From Nemertoderma westbladi (taxonomy: Eukaryota > Animalia > Xenacoelomorpha), in the NCBI GenBank assembly GCA_032718475.1, contig JAUCBJ010002218.1:6436-70435 (forward strand): a stretch of 64,000 nucleotides of DNA, read 5' to 3'. A program made the position numbers and the translations under genes. Below are positions 38,271-51,887 of this stretch, one piece after another. The notes under the pieces were generated by a model. It worked only from the letters and a program-made list of their open reading frames with translations, did no database searches and was not told where the DNA came from. Numbering within the stretch: position 1 is the stretch's first letter; the number at the start of each line of letters is the position of its first letter.

Positions 38271-40456
38271 CAATTTTGATATGCTGTATCAAATGAAAGA
38301 AAGAAAGTTTGCTCTCGAATAGTATGGTTGACTGCTCTAACGATTTTCCATATTTTTCTACACTTGTAGAAACCCTAATTCGAAGGACACTCGCAAATTT
38401 GGGTTTGACTTTTCCGCGTAGGTGTAGCGTACGCGTAACATACGCGTTCCACGTTATTTAACATGCAATATGTACAGTAATTTTATTTTTAAATGGAACA
38501 TCATTTTCACGACGTTATTTATATATTAATTTAATTTAGTGAATGGCAAGTTAAGCATTATTACTGGAATACGTTGTCAGAGGTAGGAAGACTGCGATTG
38601 TTCTACAACAGTATTAGGCCTATGTACTTACTTGGCTTGGCTGACGTTGGACTTTTGAATGATTCTGATCTGAATGTGTAGGCCTAATCAAGCTGTAGTA
38701 AGCTAAGGTCTGACCTTTTGAAAGTTATATAAGTTCGCCGAACACGTTCGAGCAAACATTTCGACTTATCGACTTATACCTAAAAGAACATGCTATGCCG
38801 GGTTACATGCTGGAGGGGCAGACGCAGAGATGTGCTCGTCGGTGCCATTGTCATTGTCATAGCATCGCTTAAGATAGACAGATAGATAACACACTAAACT
38901 GCCGAACAACTTTATATTGTTTGTTCAGTAGAGGTAAAATCTCTGTTAAAAATAGGGAAAATGTTAAAAATAGGGAACTCTTAATAAAAGGTTTTGTCAT
39001 TGGTTAGTCATGAGTAAACGTATGCAGTTACCTAGCAACATGGACATTTGGGGCAATATAATTGGTTTATATAGATATTTTCCTTAATATAACCACCATT
39101 CTACACCGTGTAAGCAATCATACTGTATTATTCCTTTATTCTAATTTCTTTATTCGAATAGATTATTTATTTCATTATCATTTAGTTCGCTGCCATGATA
39201 AATGTAACTGTATGTCAATAAGCCCAATGAAGATCATTTATTTCCATTGTGAATTTTATCCTCAAACCCCTTTTTTATCATATCATATTATTTATCAAAT
39301 CCCAATTGGTCTCATGGGATACCGGTATTTATTGAGGATGTTTTTTCAATTCCTATGTAGAGGGACTCTTATACTTTACCGTGCCATTATAGCTATATTT
39401 TGATATAATAAAATTATCTTAAAATATTTGTTCTATAACAAAAAAAAAATTAAATGTATAGATAATATGTTCTATAGCATTAAAAAAAGAAACAAAAACT
39501 AGCTAGTATAAAAGATTTATACAAAGATAACATACAATAAAAAATTAACAAATTAGCTAGTGCTTTAGATTTTTTGTTCTAGAACAAAAAATAGTTGTTT
39601 TAGAACAACATTTTTATATGAAATGGATTGATAATGTTCGAGAACATTTAAAACAAAAAAAAAAAACTAGCCAGCTGGCCATTTTTTGATATAATAAAAT
39701 GATAACTTTTAATCTATCATTTCATAATTAGGGAAACTAGAAGGAAGTGAAGGAAGTGAACCCGGTTTAGTAACAAACAATAAATACATTAGCTACACAA
39801 GACGTAACAAAATGTAATTGTACGTAGAGTAAATTACGGTATCACTTGCGTAAATATATATTATATAATTATAACAATTATATTTTTTTGAATTATATTG
39901 AATATATAGGTGGCACGGCAAACTGTAAGAGAGCCGTAGAATCATCCAAGGAATCAAGTCCCCCCACTATCATTGTCCCTTTTTTCGAATGTTTGCTTGC
40001 ATACTATTTCTGGTAAGCAACGTTTAGGATATCATTTGTCATACAGACAGAATGCTTTTACGCCACAATTGGAATTGGTGCCTCGCAACTAAAAGAGTTC
40101 ACAGACTTATTTAGCCCGCATTTTGGACAAGTTGTTAATGCTAATGTTCAACAGAAAATATCAGTTTATCTGTTAATGGGTCTTTACAAGTATCCAAGCC
40201 ATTTCCTGAAGTGGATGCTGGAGGTGAGAATCATATGAATAAACGTTGAAACTATAATGATAAGGAAGCCCACCCGGTCTATAAATCGTCAGTTCGCATG
40301 TGTTTAATGGAGAAATGTCATGATCGAAACACAAACTCTCCAGTAGAAACACTGCGACGAAATTGACTTGTTCCAGAACTTAGACATTGTGATAGCTACA
40401 GTAGTACCGATAAAATTATTTAGCCGACTTCAAAACTGTATTTTCTGTTAAATGTA

Positions 40457-41590
40457 TGTAAAGGCTTTTGCGGATCTAGCTAGTCATTTTCCCCGCAAAG
40501 TACTCTGTAAGTGTTTTAGTGGACATAAAAAGCCATTTTTCTGTATGTGTACTTTAGCGGACATAACTAGCAATTTTATGCCGCAATACGCCAAAATACT
40601 CTTGATACAGTGTAGTTCAGATGACGACATCTATCAGCTGATATATCCACGTAGAGCTTTCTTTGTTCTTTGTTCGGCTCGACCAATCAGAGCGATTTTC
40701 ATTTTATTTGCACAGAAGCCTCTGGGAAATCGCGCAATGCATTATGGTCTTTGTTTACCTTTTTTCCTGAGCCCAGAACATCGGCTGTGGAATTATTCTG
40801 TGTTTCAGACTTTAGCCTAACATTAGAACGGCTTTGATCATAGAAACGTATAACTGTTATCAGCCCATATCATACTATACATACCTTTCACCGCATTATT
40901 TTACTGCTATTTACTGTCGGTTATTAATTGTTATCAGTTAATGGAATGTTGTTATATTTGGAGAATATCGATAAATAATCAGAAAACCCCAATCTTCCTG
41001 ATATACTGAAGGTTAGAGAGACCGGTTACATATAGCAATTGCGACTTACATTATAGTGGTTTTGGAGTGAATTGAATGCTATTTCATAGGCCCTACATGT
41101 GTCAGTGGCTGTTCTCTTTATATATGACTAAAATTAGTGAAGGTCGGCAGATCGGTGTGCAGCATTGTGCGGTACAGTAGGAAATGCTTTATTATCTATC
41201 ACACTCAGATAACAAAGCATTTCTTAAAGAATGCGCTTTATACGTGAATCATTAGCCATCCCGTTGTGTTTAGTATAAGTCATAACTCTGTTTACATACT
41301 TAGAGCGCCACGTCCTAAAGGAACTGTTAATATTTCCCGAAAGTGAATAATATTTGTCAGAGATTATATATTAACGATCAATCGAATAGTACAGTAGGCC
41401 TACACCGCAATAAGGTCAGAGCATCCGAATCCAGTCTCCCTTAACTGTGGATGAATGATCGCGCATAGGCTGGCTTCGGCTAATGTAACTTATGTGTATC
41501 AAATACTTATTATAGGCTAAAGTCGATTTATAACCTAGAAGACACCTAAATTTGGCAGGTTAAACTGCTAAAGGTCTAAAATCACGGACA
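40457..41590 (+). repeat. 5' LTR
   Basis: Near-identical to 51888-53004; last ~9 bp differ. Confidence 0.92.
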
Positions 41591-43586
41591 ATAACAGTTA
41601 TACGTTTCTTTATTGCAACGTAGGCAATAAAGGTAAAAGTACCGGTCGACCGGTAACCAGTAGGCCTAACTACCTAACCACCCGAACCGGTAATTACAGC
41701 AGTACAGGTACAGCAGTATTATTCGATTTTGATAATTATATACCGGTAGGTCTTAATATTTAATCGGGGACGCCTGGTTTTTTATTGGGATTTTACTTAT
41801 TTCTGTCAGTTTTATTTATTTGTAAGTTAATATTGAGCAGAAGGCGTGTAAGCCTGCTCAGATTGTATAAATAATTTGTAGGCTGGATTGTTGTCTGGCT
41901 GTTGTTAGGTCTGAAGAGATTGCAGTGTGTGTAGAGTGTATGTCCGATAAAGTACTAGTTAGGAACGTGGGGGCATCCAGTGCTGTAAGGTAAATCCCCC
42001 TCCCCCCCGAAAGAATAAGTCGTACTACTCGGTTAGAACGCATACTAACTAACCATTTCGGAGTCTGCATATACTGTAGTTTATTTAGGCTTGATAGTAG
42101 TCTGCCAGCATTTGGTTTGTATTTTGTTTGTGTAGTCTGTACAGGTAGCGTAATATTTATTATTCAGAGTTTATGCGATTATTCACAACATACATACCCC
42201 CAAGTTTATTCCTACAGTAATTGTGCTTGTTATACATACCGTTATAGTTAAATTAACCCCGGTACTACATCAGGGCTGTTCGGCGTAGGTAAAGACTGGT
42301 GATTTTATGCTCTGGTCACTCCGGCAGATACCGTGGTTCTTTTAGCTGTACAAGTATTTTTAACTGCTGGTTATTTGTTGTATAAGTACTTGTACCTAAT
42401 TTAGGGTTTAGTGTACAGTGCTTTCCGAAGGTAATTAGTGTGTAGGCAGTATATTTGTGTTGTAAAGTGGTTAATAGGCACGTTAGCTATAGTATGCTGC
42501 GGTAATTAACTTCTAGGTAGGAACACTCCGGGTACATAATGTAGTACTTATAGCGATACAGCTATAAGTCGTCAGACGGTGGTATTTTTCCTATCTAGAC
42601 AACGCAATATATTTACTACTGCTTTATTATTTTCAAATACCGTAGTATCTTGTCCGTTTGTAATAACCAGATATTCTAACTCCTTGTTAGGCTGGTTTGT
42701 AGATTCCCTGTAAAATTAACCCTAAAAAATTCGTACGTGTAATTTTTGTGTTTATTAAGAGATTGTAATCTCACCCCGCAATTGTATATAATTTGTAGTA
42801 ATAAGTAACTTAGGCAAGTAGAATTATTTGTTTTAGTGTCTAATACAATAAGTAGCACTCCACTGAGAGCGTTTAGCTTCTGTGAAGTGACTCCTTACCA
42901 GAAATAATAACATTTATTTCAAACATTGACAAAAACCCATTATACGGGTATATATATATTATAAATCAACTCAAACCGATTTATAAAACAGTAGGCCTGT
43001 TATACATCAATTAGGTCTTAATATCAGTTGGACTACTGCTTAAATAACGGTAATAAAGTAAAGTAAAGTAACCAAGTAACCCCTAAAAATTCAGAAATTC
43101 AATTATTCTAAAATAATTGACATACCGGTATTTACAATAGGCTTATTATATTTATTTCTATAAATTTAAGCTGAAATTATATACCGGTATTCTGTAATTA
43201 ATTCTAGTCTATAATTCTACTTATATACTATAAGTGTAAGTTGTATACCGGTATTCACAATAGGCTTATTATATATTTATATATACTTGAGCTGAAATTA
43301 TATACCGGTATTCTGTGACAAACCTAGTCTGTAATAATACTTATATATATACTATAAGTGTATACCGGTACTCTAATATATTGTATATATATCACGTTAC
43401 ATAGAGTAACAATATCAGTAATTAATTACTAGGCTAACAGTTGATACTGAATTACTAGACTTGCTTTAACTGTAATATAGCAGTAGGCATTCAACTGTAC
43501 AAACAAACATATCTGACACAAAGCAAAACCTGTCAGACAGTCTCCTAGATACAACCATCTGTGACCCAGATAGGAGTGCTGAACGT

Positions 43587-46500
43587 TTGAGACCGAAGTT
43601 CAACTCAACTCCTACTGTAAGAAAGATCATCCCTCCAGTAGTAGTATCAGACCCTAGGCTAGTCCAACACCGTAGGTCTATCATAGGCACTCGGGCTCAA
43701 GTCAAGTGTGACCAAGAAGCAGCTGTTAAACAGCAGCAACACCCGAGCCGAGAACTTATTTCTCAGCGGCCCGACAGCTCCAGTAGTTCGGATACTGTAG
43801 AGCTGACACCCGAGCGCGGAGCAAGAATGGCAGATGCGGTTTATTCGGATCCCCTTCCCATTCTTCCTGCAGCCGTACTCACTAGGGTATTGATTGCGGT
43901 GGAGGAACACCAAATCGATTGGGCGAGAAGTAAGCGATCGACCAAGGACAGTTATGCGGGATACACAAGGGAGGAACTGAAGTCTATTGTCGAGTCGCAA
44001 TGGAACTTCCCCGGACCCGGACTCCCATTTAACTTATCGGAAGCAACCTGGGAAGACTTACACAGGATGGGAGTGACGAAAGACACTAGTGATCCAGCTG
44101 TGTGGAAGAGGTCGGCAGCAGGATATGTACAGGGATTCTTCAGCTCTTTGGAGCGATTTGAGGAACAACTGTTTCAACAACCCCAAGGACCTCAAGAGCA
44201 GGAGAGCTGCTTTATCAAGTTCGAGAAAGAATTCTAAGAATCAGACTAATCCTATCGGCCTTTGAGGAAGCTTCGAAATGAAGACAAGACACGTCGTTGC
44301 AAGTTGCCGTAAAGACTTGGTTCCAGCGGGTGAGTCTCAAGGTTCAAGGAACGGCCCAGTGGAAATTTCAGCTGGCTGAGCGCTCAACCCACGGAGAATC
44401 AACATATGCTACCTTTTCTCAAGTGGAAAGCGAATCGACAGCAGAGAAACCGCAGAAGAAGGACGCTATTGACATCTATCTGTCAGAATATCAACGATTT
44501 CTAGGTGACGAAGAGTTGAGGAGAAGGCTGGCTGGACTTCGCCCTAATAGTGAAGGAGCCAAGTTTGTGCTGGACGCAATAGATGCGGAAATGTTAGCTG
44601 CGAACCAAGCTAAATTTGATGAAAGCAGCTGCATCGCTAGGGTCCAAGAAGAACAAGTAAAGAAAAAACGTATAGAAGACAGAAAGACAGCAGCAGCGGC
44701 AGCGGCAGTGGCAGCGGCAGAAGTGGAAAGAAAAGCGGCAGAAGAGGAAAGAAAAGCGGCAGAGGCAGCGGCAGAAGTGGAAAGAAAAGCGGCAGAGGCA
44801 GCGGCAGAAGTGGAAAGAAAGGCGGCAGAAGCAGTGGCAGAAGCGGAAAGAAAAGCGGCAGAAGTGGAAAGAAAAGCGGCAGTGGCAGCGGCAGAAGCGG
44901 AAAGAAAAGCGGCAGAAGCGGAAAGAAAGATAGCAGTGGCAGAAGCAGAACGGAGAGCATCTGAAGAGACCACCCAACTAGAGTTGGAAAATCTGCAAGA
45001 GAAGCAAGACTACATAGATCAACAGAGAACAGCTACTCAGTGGCAGATGATAAGTCGATCCACCCCCAAGCGACAGGGCTTTACATCATCGGATGAAGGC
45101 GATACCACCGATCCTGAAGGCGGAGGAAATAGATCTCATTCCAACAGACGTAGAAGAATGCCTCACCATCAGAAATTGCCTAATTTGCCCACAGCTGTGA
45201 GAAGGCAACTAGCTAGCACAGACTTAGGTAGTACAGAACCCACAGAACAAATTATTAGAGTAGAAAGACTCCCTACTATAGTAGATGAGCCTGAAATAAT
45301 TAGGCCTGTTCTCGAAGCCACCCCTTCGGTGATAGAGACACCTGTACTCCCAGAACCTACCTCTAAATTCCCTTTGCACAGCACTAAACTACCTGTGCCC
45401 AGCAGAACTGCCCCTAAGACAGTTCCTGTCCTGGACTCCGAGCGAAATATCAACGATTTGTCGCCCGTTGTCCCTCGTCTACCCGCTACTATGTTGGCGG
45501 CTCCCGCTTCGGCGGTAGAGTGGGTGGATGAGGGACGGCGGGAGATGGGTCTCCTGCTCGGGCAGCTGAGGGAACACCGTTTGTGCTCCTCTCAGCAGGT
45601 CCGGGAGATGGAAGGGACTGTTCAGCAGTTAAATGGAACAGTCAGAGAGGGTAGGTTAGAGTTGCAAGAAGTGCAGCAGAGTATCGCATTAGAACGCGAT
45701 AAATTGGTAAATATACAAAGAGGTATACCACCACCCCCTGTAACAATGTGTCAACCTGTTCGGTCTGAAGTATTTCATGCGCAAGGTGTGGAGCCTACAC
45801 GCATCTATACTGCTAGTGAAGTAGAAACTCCTATAGTAAACCCTATTAAGGGTAATTATAAACCTGTTGATAATGATATTCCATATAGACTTGATAATAA
45901 TCCGAGAAATTTATATACCGATAACTCGATATTAAATAATACGATGGCCCAAGAAAGTTTTACGCGTCAAATGGCTAGAACCGAAGCCCGTCAAGCGGTA
46001 AAGGTGGGAGAGATCGTCAAGTTCAATGGAGATGAGATGAAATGGTTACCTTTTAATGAGTATTATAAAGATAACATACAGAACTCTGTGCTATCTAACG
46101 GAGAGAAACTTAGATTCCTCATCGAGTGCTTGGAAGGATCTCCCAAGTTAATGGCGTTAAAGTTTATTGGACATCCAGATGGATTAAGACAAGTTTGGGA
46201 TACACTAAATATCAGGTATGGTAATAGGAATAACATAGCTAGGTATTTGTATGCAAAATTGGTGGCGCCCCGAAAGTTCATTAGCAGCGGGATTATAGAG
46301 TTTTCCGATGAGATTCAGGAGATCTGTAGACAATTAGATTGGCTAGGTAAGTCTCATGAATATCAGAGTTCTATGGTTATTGGAGCCGTGGCATCTACTT
46401 TGCCAAAGGGTGGAGTAGGTACACGCTGGGACAAGAAAGTCTTATATATGATGGAACAACAACGACGAGACCCTACCATGGCTGATCTCATGTCATTCTT

Positions 46501-48587
46501 AGATGGAGAGGTAAAATTACAGCTCCTAAAGCAGTTCAGAGAGAATACACCGGAAAATAAGGTAAGTGAGAAACCCGTTTCTAGGAGAAAGGTAACACCA
46601 GTGTGTTATACAGACGACGGCGAAAGCCAGGCTTCTCAAGAAGAGGACAGCGGGATAGACACTGAAAGATCTTACTATGTCAACAAAGCGCCTAAAGACG
46701 TAAGTAAATTTAAGTCTCGAACCAATGACAGGAGAGAACAGGTAACAAAAACTCCTCCTACGTCTCCTAATAGAGTTCACGGAAGAAAGCCCGAGGAAAG
46801 AACGAGAGTGCACAACGTTACCCAAGGTAAGGTGTGTAACATCAAACCAAAATGTGCGCTGTGCGACGGGCCCCACCGTTTAAGTGTATGTGATAAATTT
46901 TTAAATAAAAGATAGACGTGAAGTCATGTGGGATAAGCGGTTGTGTTATAATTGCCTCAGACAAGGACACCAACGGCAAACCTGTTACTCCAACGCAAGG
47001 TGTGCAAAGTGCGGCGCGAAACATCATATCTTGTTGCACACTGAATTCGAAAGAAACAGCCCGAGTCAGGTAAGTGAGTCCGAACTACATGTCCAATTCA
47101 GTGATGTAAACGACACTGATCAAAGTTCTGAGATGGAAGGATTCTATACGGATGAATTCTCCGACGAAAACGAATCCTGTTACCTAATAAATACCGCAGT
47201 GTATCGAGCACTTACGTATGATAAAGAAACCGATAGTGAGCTCCCCCTAACTACTACTGACCGAGAACCATCTTGGAAAGCACCAACTTCCAACGTAGGA
47301 ATCCGAGAATTTCCCGTAGTGCAGTTGAGAGTCCACGGGCCACAAAAGAGCTATATAGTGAACGCCCTCCTTGACTCCGGCAGCACAGGAACATTCATCG
47401 ACAAAGAACTAGCCGAAGACATCTTTGCTGGACAACCCAAGTTCCGAACCAAGTTGAACATGTCAGGAATTATGCAGGTTTGGAAATCTACAGTAACTAC
47501 AGATTACTATGTAGGCGCGTTGTCCACCCCCCAGGATGAACTAGGAGAACACAGTATAAGGTCAGTAAAAATGGTGGCGATAAAGAACTTCGCTACCAGC
47601 CAAGTGGAACCTTATAACTGGGATGTGGACTATTTCACCCAGCAGCATAAGATACCTAGATTCAACACAGACTACCCTGGAGTGCAAATACTCATCGGCC
47701 AAAATGCGCATGAGGCGCTTGAGACATTGGAGAAACGGCCTGCTCAAACGCAACCACTGCAAACCTATGCGGGAAGAACAAGAGTAGGTTGGTACCTCAC
47801 TGGACCTTCCCGTAGGACACTCATGGAAAGGCTACCCAAAGATTAGGTCCATCAGGAGAGTGAATGGGAAGAAGACATCAGTGAGGGAGAGACGACCACA
47901 ACTGAGGGAACACCATACTCCTCAGATAATGACGATATTAACTCTAATGTAGATCAATGGAGACATTGCCCCGAGACGATTAATCTAGCCGACATCGCTT
48001 CCAGAGGAGCAACTCCTCAAGAACTGACAGATACTCCAGACTGGTTAGGTGGACACGACTTCCTAAGTAAAGAAGATGAATGGCCTCCCCATCTTACCAT
48101 GGCTGAGATTAGACAAGCCAAGGGAGCGGAGAAAGTCAAACCTAAAACCCGGACGAGTAAATCAAGGTTATTTAAACCCGTGATAGATCTGTCTGTACTA
48201 CACATTGCCAGGGACGACGCTGTGGATCTAAACTCCCCCACTGCGAACAGATCTGTTGTGGAGATCAGAGAGAGAGACTGGAGATCTGGAACACCAGACG
48301 TCTCGCAGGGACTCTCACCTCTCCTGCCGGGAGCGATGGACCACTATAGCTCCTGGAATCGGCTTTGTAAGGCCGTCATGTATTTGAAGCGATGTTTCTA
48401 TCGTCACTATTCCAGGACGAAGAGGAAACCTGGAATTGTATTCGAAACACAACAACTCAATCGCCCAGTTGGTCGTTTATGTTTACTGGAAAGAGACCGA
48501 GAACTGTCCGGAAACTATGGAAGGCAAGATACTCTTCCCACGACCACCTCCCTAATCCAACAAACATCTAGGGACTCCCCAACATAA
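43587..48587 (+). pseudogene. BEL/Pao Gag-protease polyprotein, interrupted by frameshifts and stops
   Basis: Coiled-coil AEVERKAA repeats; DUF1759-like KFNGDEMKWLPF...EKLRFLIECLEG...LNIRYG; triple zinc knuckle CALCDGPHRLSVC / CYNCLRQGHQRQTC / CAKCGAKHHILLH; protease ALLDSGSTGTFI; RNase H tail QWRHCPETINLADIASRG...WLGGHDFL...WP. Confidence 0.9.
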
Positions 48588-50265
48588 CAGCGTCTGGAGT
48601 GGGTGTGTGACTATATTATTTTATATTTGTTTTTATTATTTTATATTTATGTATGTATTATTATGTAATTTTATTATAATCGTTTTCTTTAATTTTATTT
48701 AGTAGAATGTTATTTTAGCAATTATCTAGTAGACTAGTGCAATATATTAGTCTTATTACTTAATTACTTATATATTATATATTTAGTGCGACGGCGAGAA
48801 ATAATTCTTTTTCTCTTTCCTTACTGTCCGTATCATATTATAAATACGTGACTACAGTAAGATGAAATATCCGTACTTATTAAAGTACAATAAAGCTCTT
48901 ACTATATTCAAGTATTATTGGTAAGTAGAGTATTAGGAATGCAAAATTCAGATCCTCGTGTCTCGGCTAAACCAAGCTCTGGGTAGACCTTGGAAACGAC
49001 TTGCTTCTTCTCACTGACATTGCTTCTTGCGATATTGCTCTCATACCGTATATTAAATAATACATATAGTAGCGTGATGTCCCTTTAACAGTAGCGTAAA
49101 ACGCAAAATAAATCTGTTAAACCCTTTGACCATCTGTAATTCTAGTCGATTAAGATATCGCGGCACCCACCGATATACTTGAAAGACAAAATTCTAGAAT
49201 CAGTGGTTAACGTCCCCAGACAAGTTCTGGAATAAACCGGTGCCCATCTTAAATATTAACTATTAATATTTATAAAATCTGTCAAACAAATACAATAGAG
49301 TAATTACTTACAAGTTAACTCTAGAAAATCTATAAATTAAAATCTGTAAAATTTTAGATCCTTTAAAATTCTAGTCGATTAAGATATCGCTGCACCTACC
49401 GATACACTTAAAAGGACAAATTTCCTAGAATTAAGGATTCTAGTCCCCAGACATGCCCTGGAATAAAACTATGTCTGTTTCAAGGATAAATAATAAAATT
49501 TACGGGAATAAATTTAAATTCATCTCTTTTAATGAATTTGATAAATTGTCATTTTTATACAATTTATAACATTCCCAAAATTCCATTAATTAATAGATCA
49601 TGGAAGCGGAGATTCACCCTATTAAGTGTATTAGTGTGCGAGAATCTCCAATATATAGTCAATAGCCGATAAAATTCATAAAATCATGTATAAAGAGGAA
49701 TATTGACAATTAAAGAATTACTATTAAATAGCATCCCAGATCTGTATGCATGAGAATTACCCTAATTCTACTGCTAGTTTTCCATAATGTCACCATGGCA
49801 ACAACCACGCTAGAATTAGAAGTGAGTTAAAAGAACAATAAAGCGTGCCCCATTGAATAGCATAAGGAATAATAGCACACTGCTAGTATCCAAGGATACA
49901 TAATAATAACGTGGCATTCTGGAAGGCACTTGACTAAAGGACAAATGGCCCGAATGTGTGCGGTTCGTGACAGTTGTGTGGAATTTGTGCGTTTATAGGT
50001 GAATGTTACTACTAAAGTGTGTTTACAGTAGCGAGTCGCAATTGTGAAAGTAACCCTAACTCTGCAGTAAGAACCTGAAGTAAATCTAAGCCCTTGGGAC
50101 GGACAGTGGAGTGACTCGCGCTGGTTGTTATTGTCGTTGTGCAGCTACTATGTTGGCGATAGGTACAGCGGCGACAGTACATCAGCGCTGAGGATCTTGC
50201 ACTGTCCGGGGGCCGTGAGGGGTATGCAGCGACGCCCGCTAGCCTAATTATAAACTGACTGAGCT

Positions 50266-51808
50266 ATGACTGAGTTGATAGAAGATGATCTTGGTATCAG
50301 GGAGCGATATACTCTACCTTTACAAGCGTTTGTTGATAGCTTGATACGCGGCGACGCTAGTCCAACTACTACGGAGGACGATGGTCGTTATATCGAACCG
50401 CCGATGTCCCAGGAGCAACTTACGCGTGAATTGGACTATAGAAAATTCACCGCTCGCTATACGCATCGTAATGGTACGTATATGGACTTCTTAACTACTG
50501 GCCATCCTATCGATTTACATGATACGGACTATGTCGACACCAAAAGGGAAATGGTACTATTTAAATATCCTACCCAGCGGAGTCGGACCGATAAACTGAA
50601 AATCGAATGCGAAAATTCTATTCGAAATCGACTTGAAAGAGAAGACTTTAAAGAACCGGATAAACGCGGTAACTCCAACGTATATTTGGAATTCTTGAGA
50701 GAAACATTGTAAAACCGAATAAATATCACCCGCGTTTCCCCTACAAGACGTGCGTCTTTGGTATTATTGCGATGAATGCCCAAGACCCAACCAACAAACG
50801 GAAAGATATAAACATCCGCGGAGACGTTGCTTTAAACACGGTTTTACTCGCTATATTTACGGGAGTTTCGAGCGAAACTTGTTCGATGTATCACCTACGC
50901 TCGTTTGATTCAAACGATCCTTAAATAAACCTATGATCAGAGTTCCGGAATACTCGGTCAGACCTCCTCATTCCCTAGTTAGACCTCAGACTCTTGATCC
51001 TAATAGTATCACGGATCCTCCCGAACTGTACTCACTGTTCAAAGATCTAGTGTTACCCGAACAGTTAGTCGGTGGCACTCCGGTTGTGGGCTCCCTAAAT
51101 ATTCGCCCATCTTACCTAGCCGGATTGGGACGCGGACATCTAATATCGCCATTCAACCGTATCATTTAACCCGATACAACCTGTCACTGAGGTGGAGGAG
51201 AGAGTTGTACGAAACGCGTTGGTCACTATTCGTCAAAAGATCGGAAAAGGAACCTACAATTGTTTAGAGAAACGTAAATTGCAGCAGCAACTCCAAGCGG
51301 TAAACGAATTAGCTTTATCTCAGTTCGATCAGGAAATCCAGAATCTCTAAGAAGATATTGAACTTGGACGACTCTACTTTCTGCAAGAGTTTTGGACGAA
51401 TGCTTTCAATGACAAGCGGAGGAAAATCAGCTCGAGGAGAAGCATATCGATCCCGATAGAGCCCGAGAACGCGAGTTGGAAAGAATCATCAAACCGAGGG
51501 AATTTCTCACTACACACGGTCCACCTACCGCTCTCGTGCAAATGACCCGTCAGGCACCAGTAAGAGCTGCTGTCTTAAAACGCGCTCTCAAGGTTGTTCG
51601 ACCTCGTTCCACTGAGGTTGATACCAATCAACCGGGTACCTCGACCGGCGGATACACCGACAGTAACCCTAAACCTTCCGATGCAATTGTATTGCACCCT
51701 TCACCCAGGAGTTATAGCCCTCCTAGTAAAGTGGCTCGCCCCAAAGAGAAAAGGACTCTTGCTAGCCTCAAAAAACTGTGTAAACGCCGTCCACGCAAGA
51801 AAGACTAA
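50266..51808 (+). pseudogene. Broken accessory ORF of unknown function in the 3' part of the LTR element
   Basis: Three consecutive + strand ORF pieces (148, 78, 110 aa) in a GC-richer block directly before the PPT/3' LTR; no domain recognised. Confidence 0.55.
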
Positions 51809-51887
51809 CTGTTTAGAGTATTTTTATATTTTAGAAACTGTGATTTTTTTATATTTTATAGAATTAAATCCCATTTTCTGGGAGCAG

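Noticed and set aside
44491-44977. Minus-strand Ala/Ser-, Cys/Phe- and Leu/Pro-rich ORFs
   Set aside because: Antisense shadows of the Gag coiled-coil repeat.
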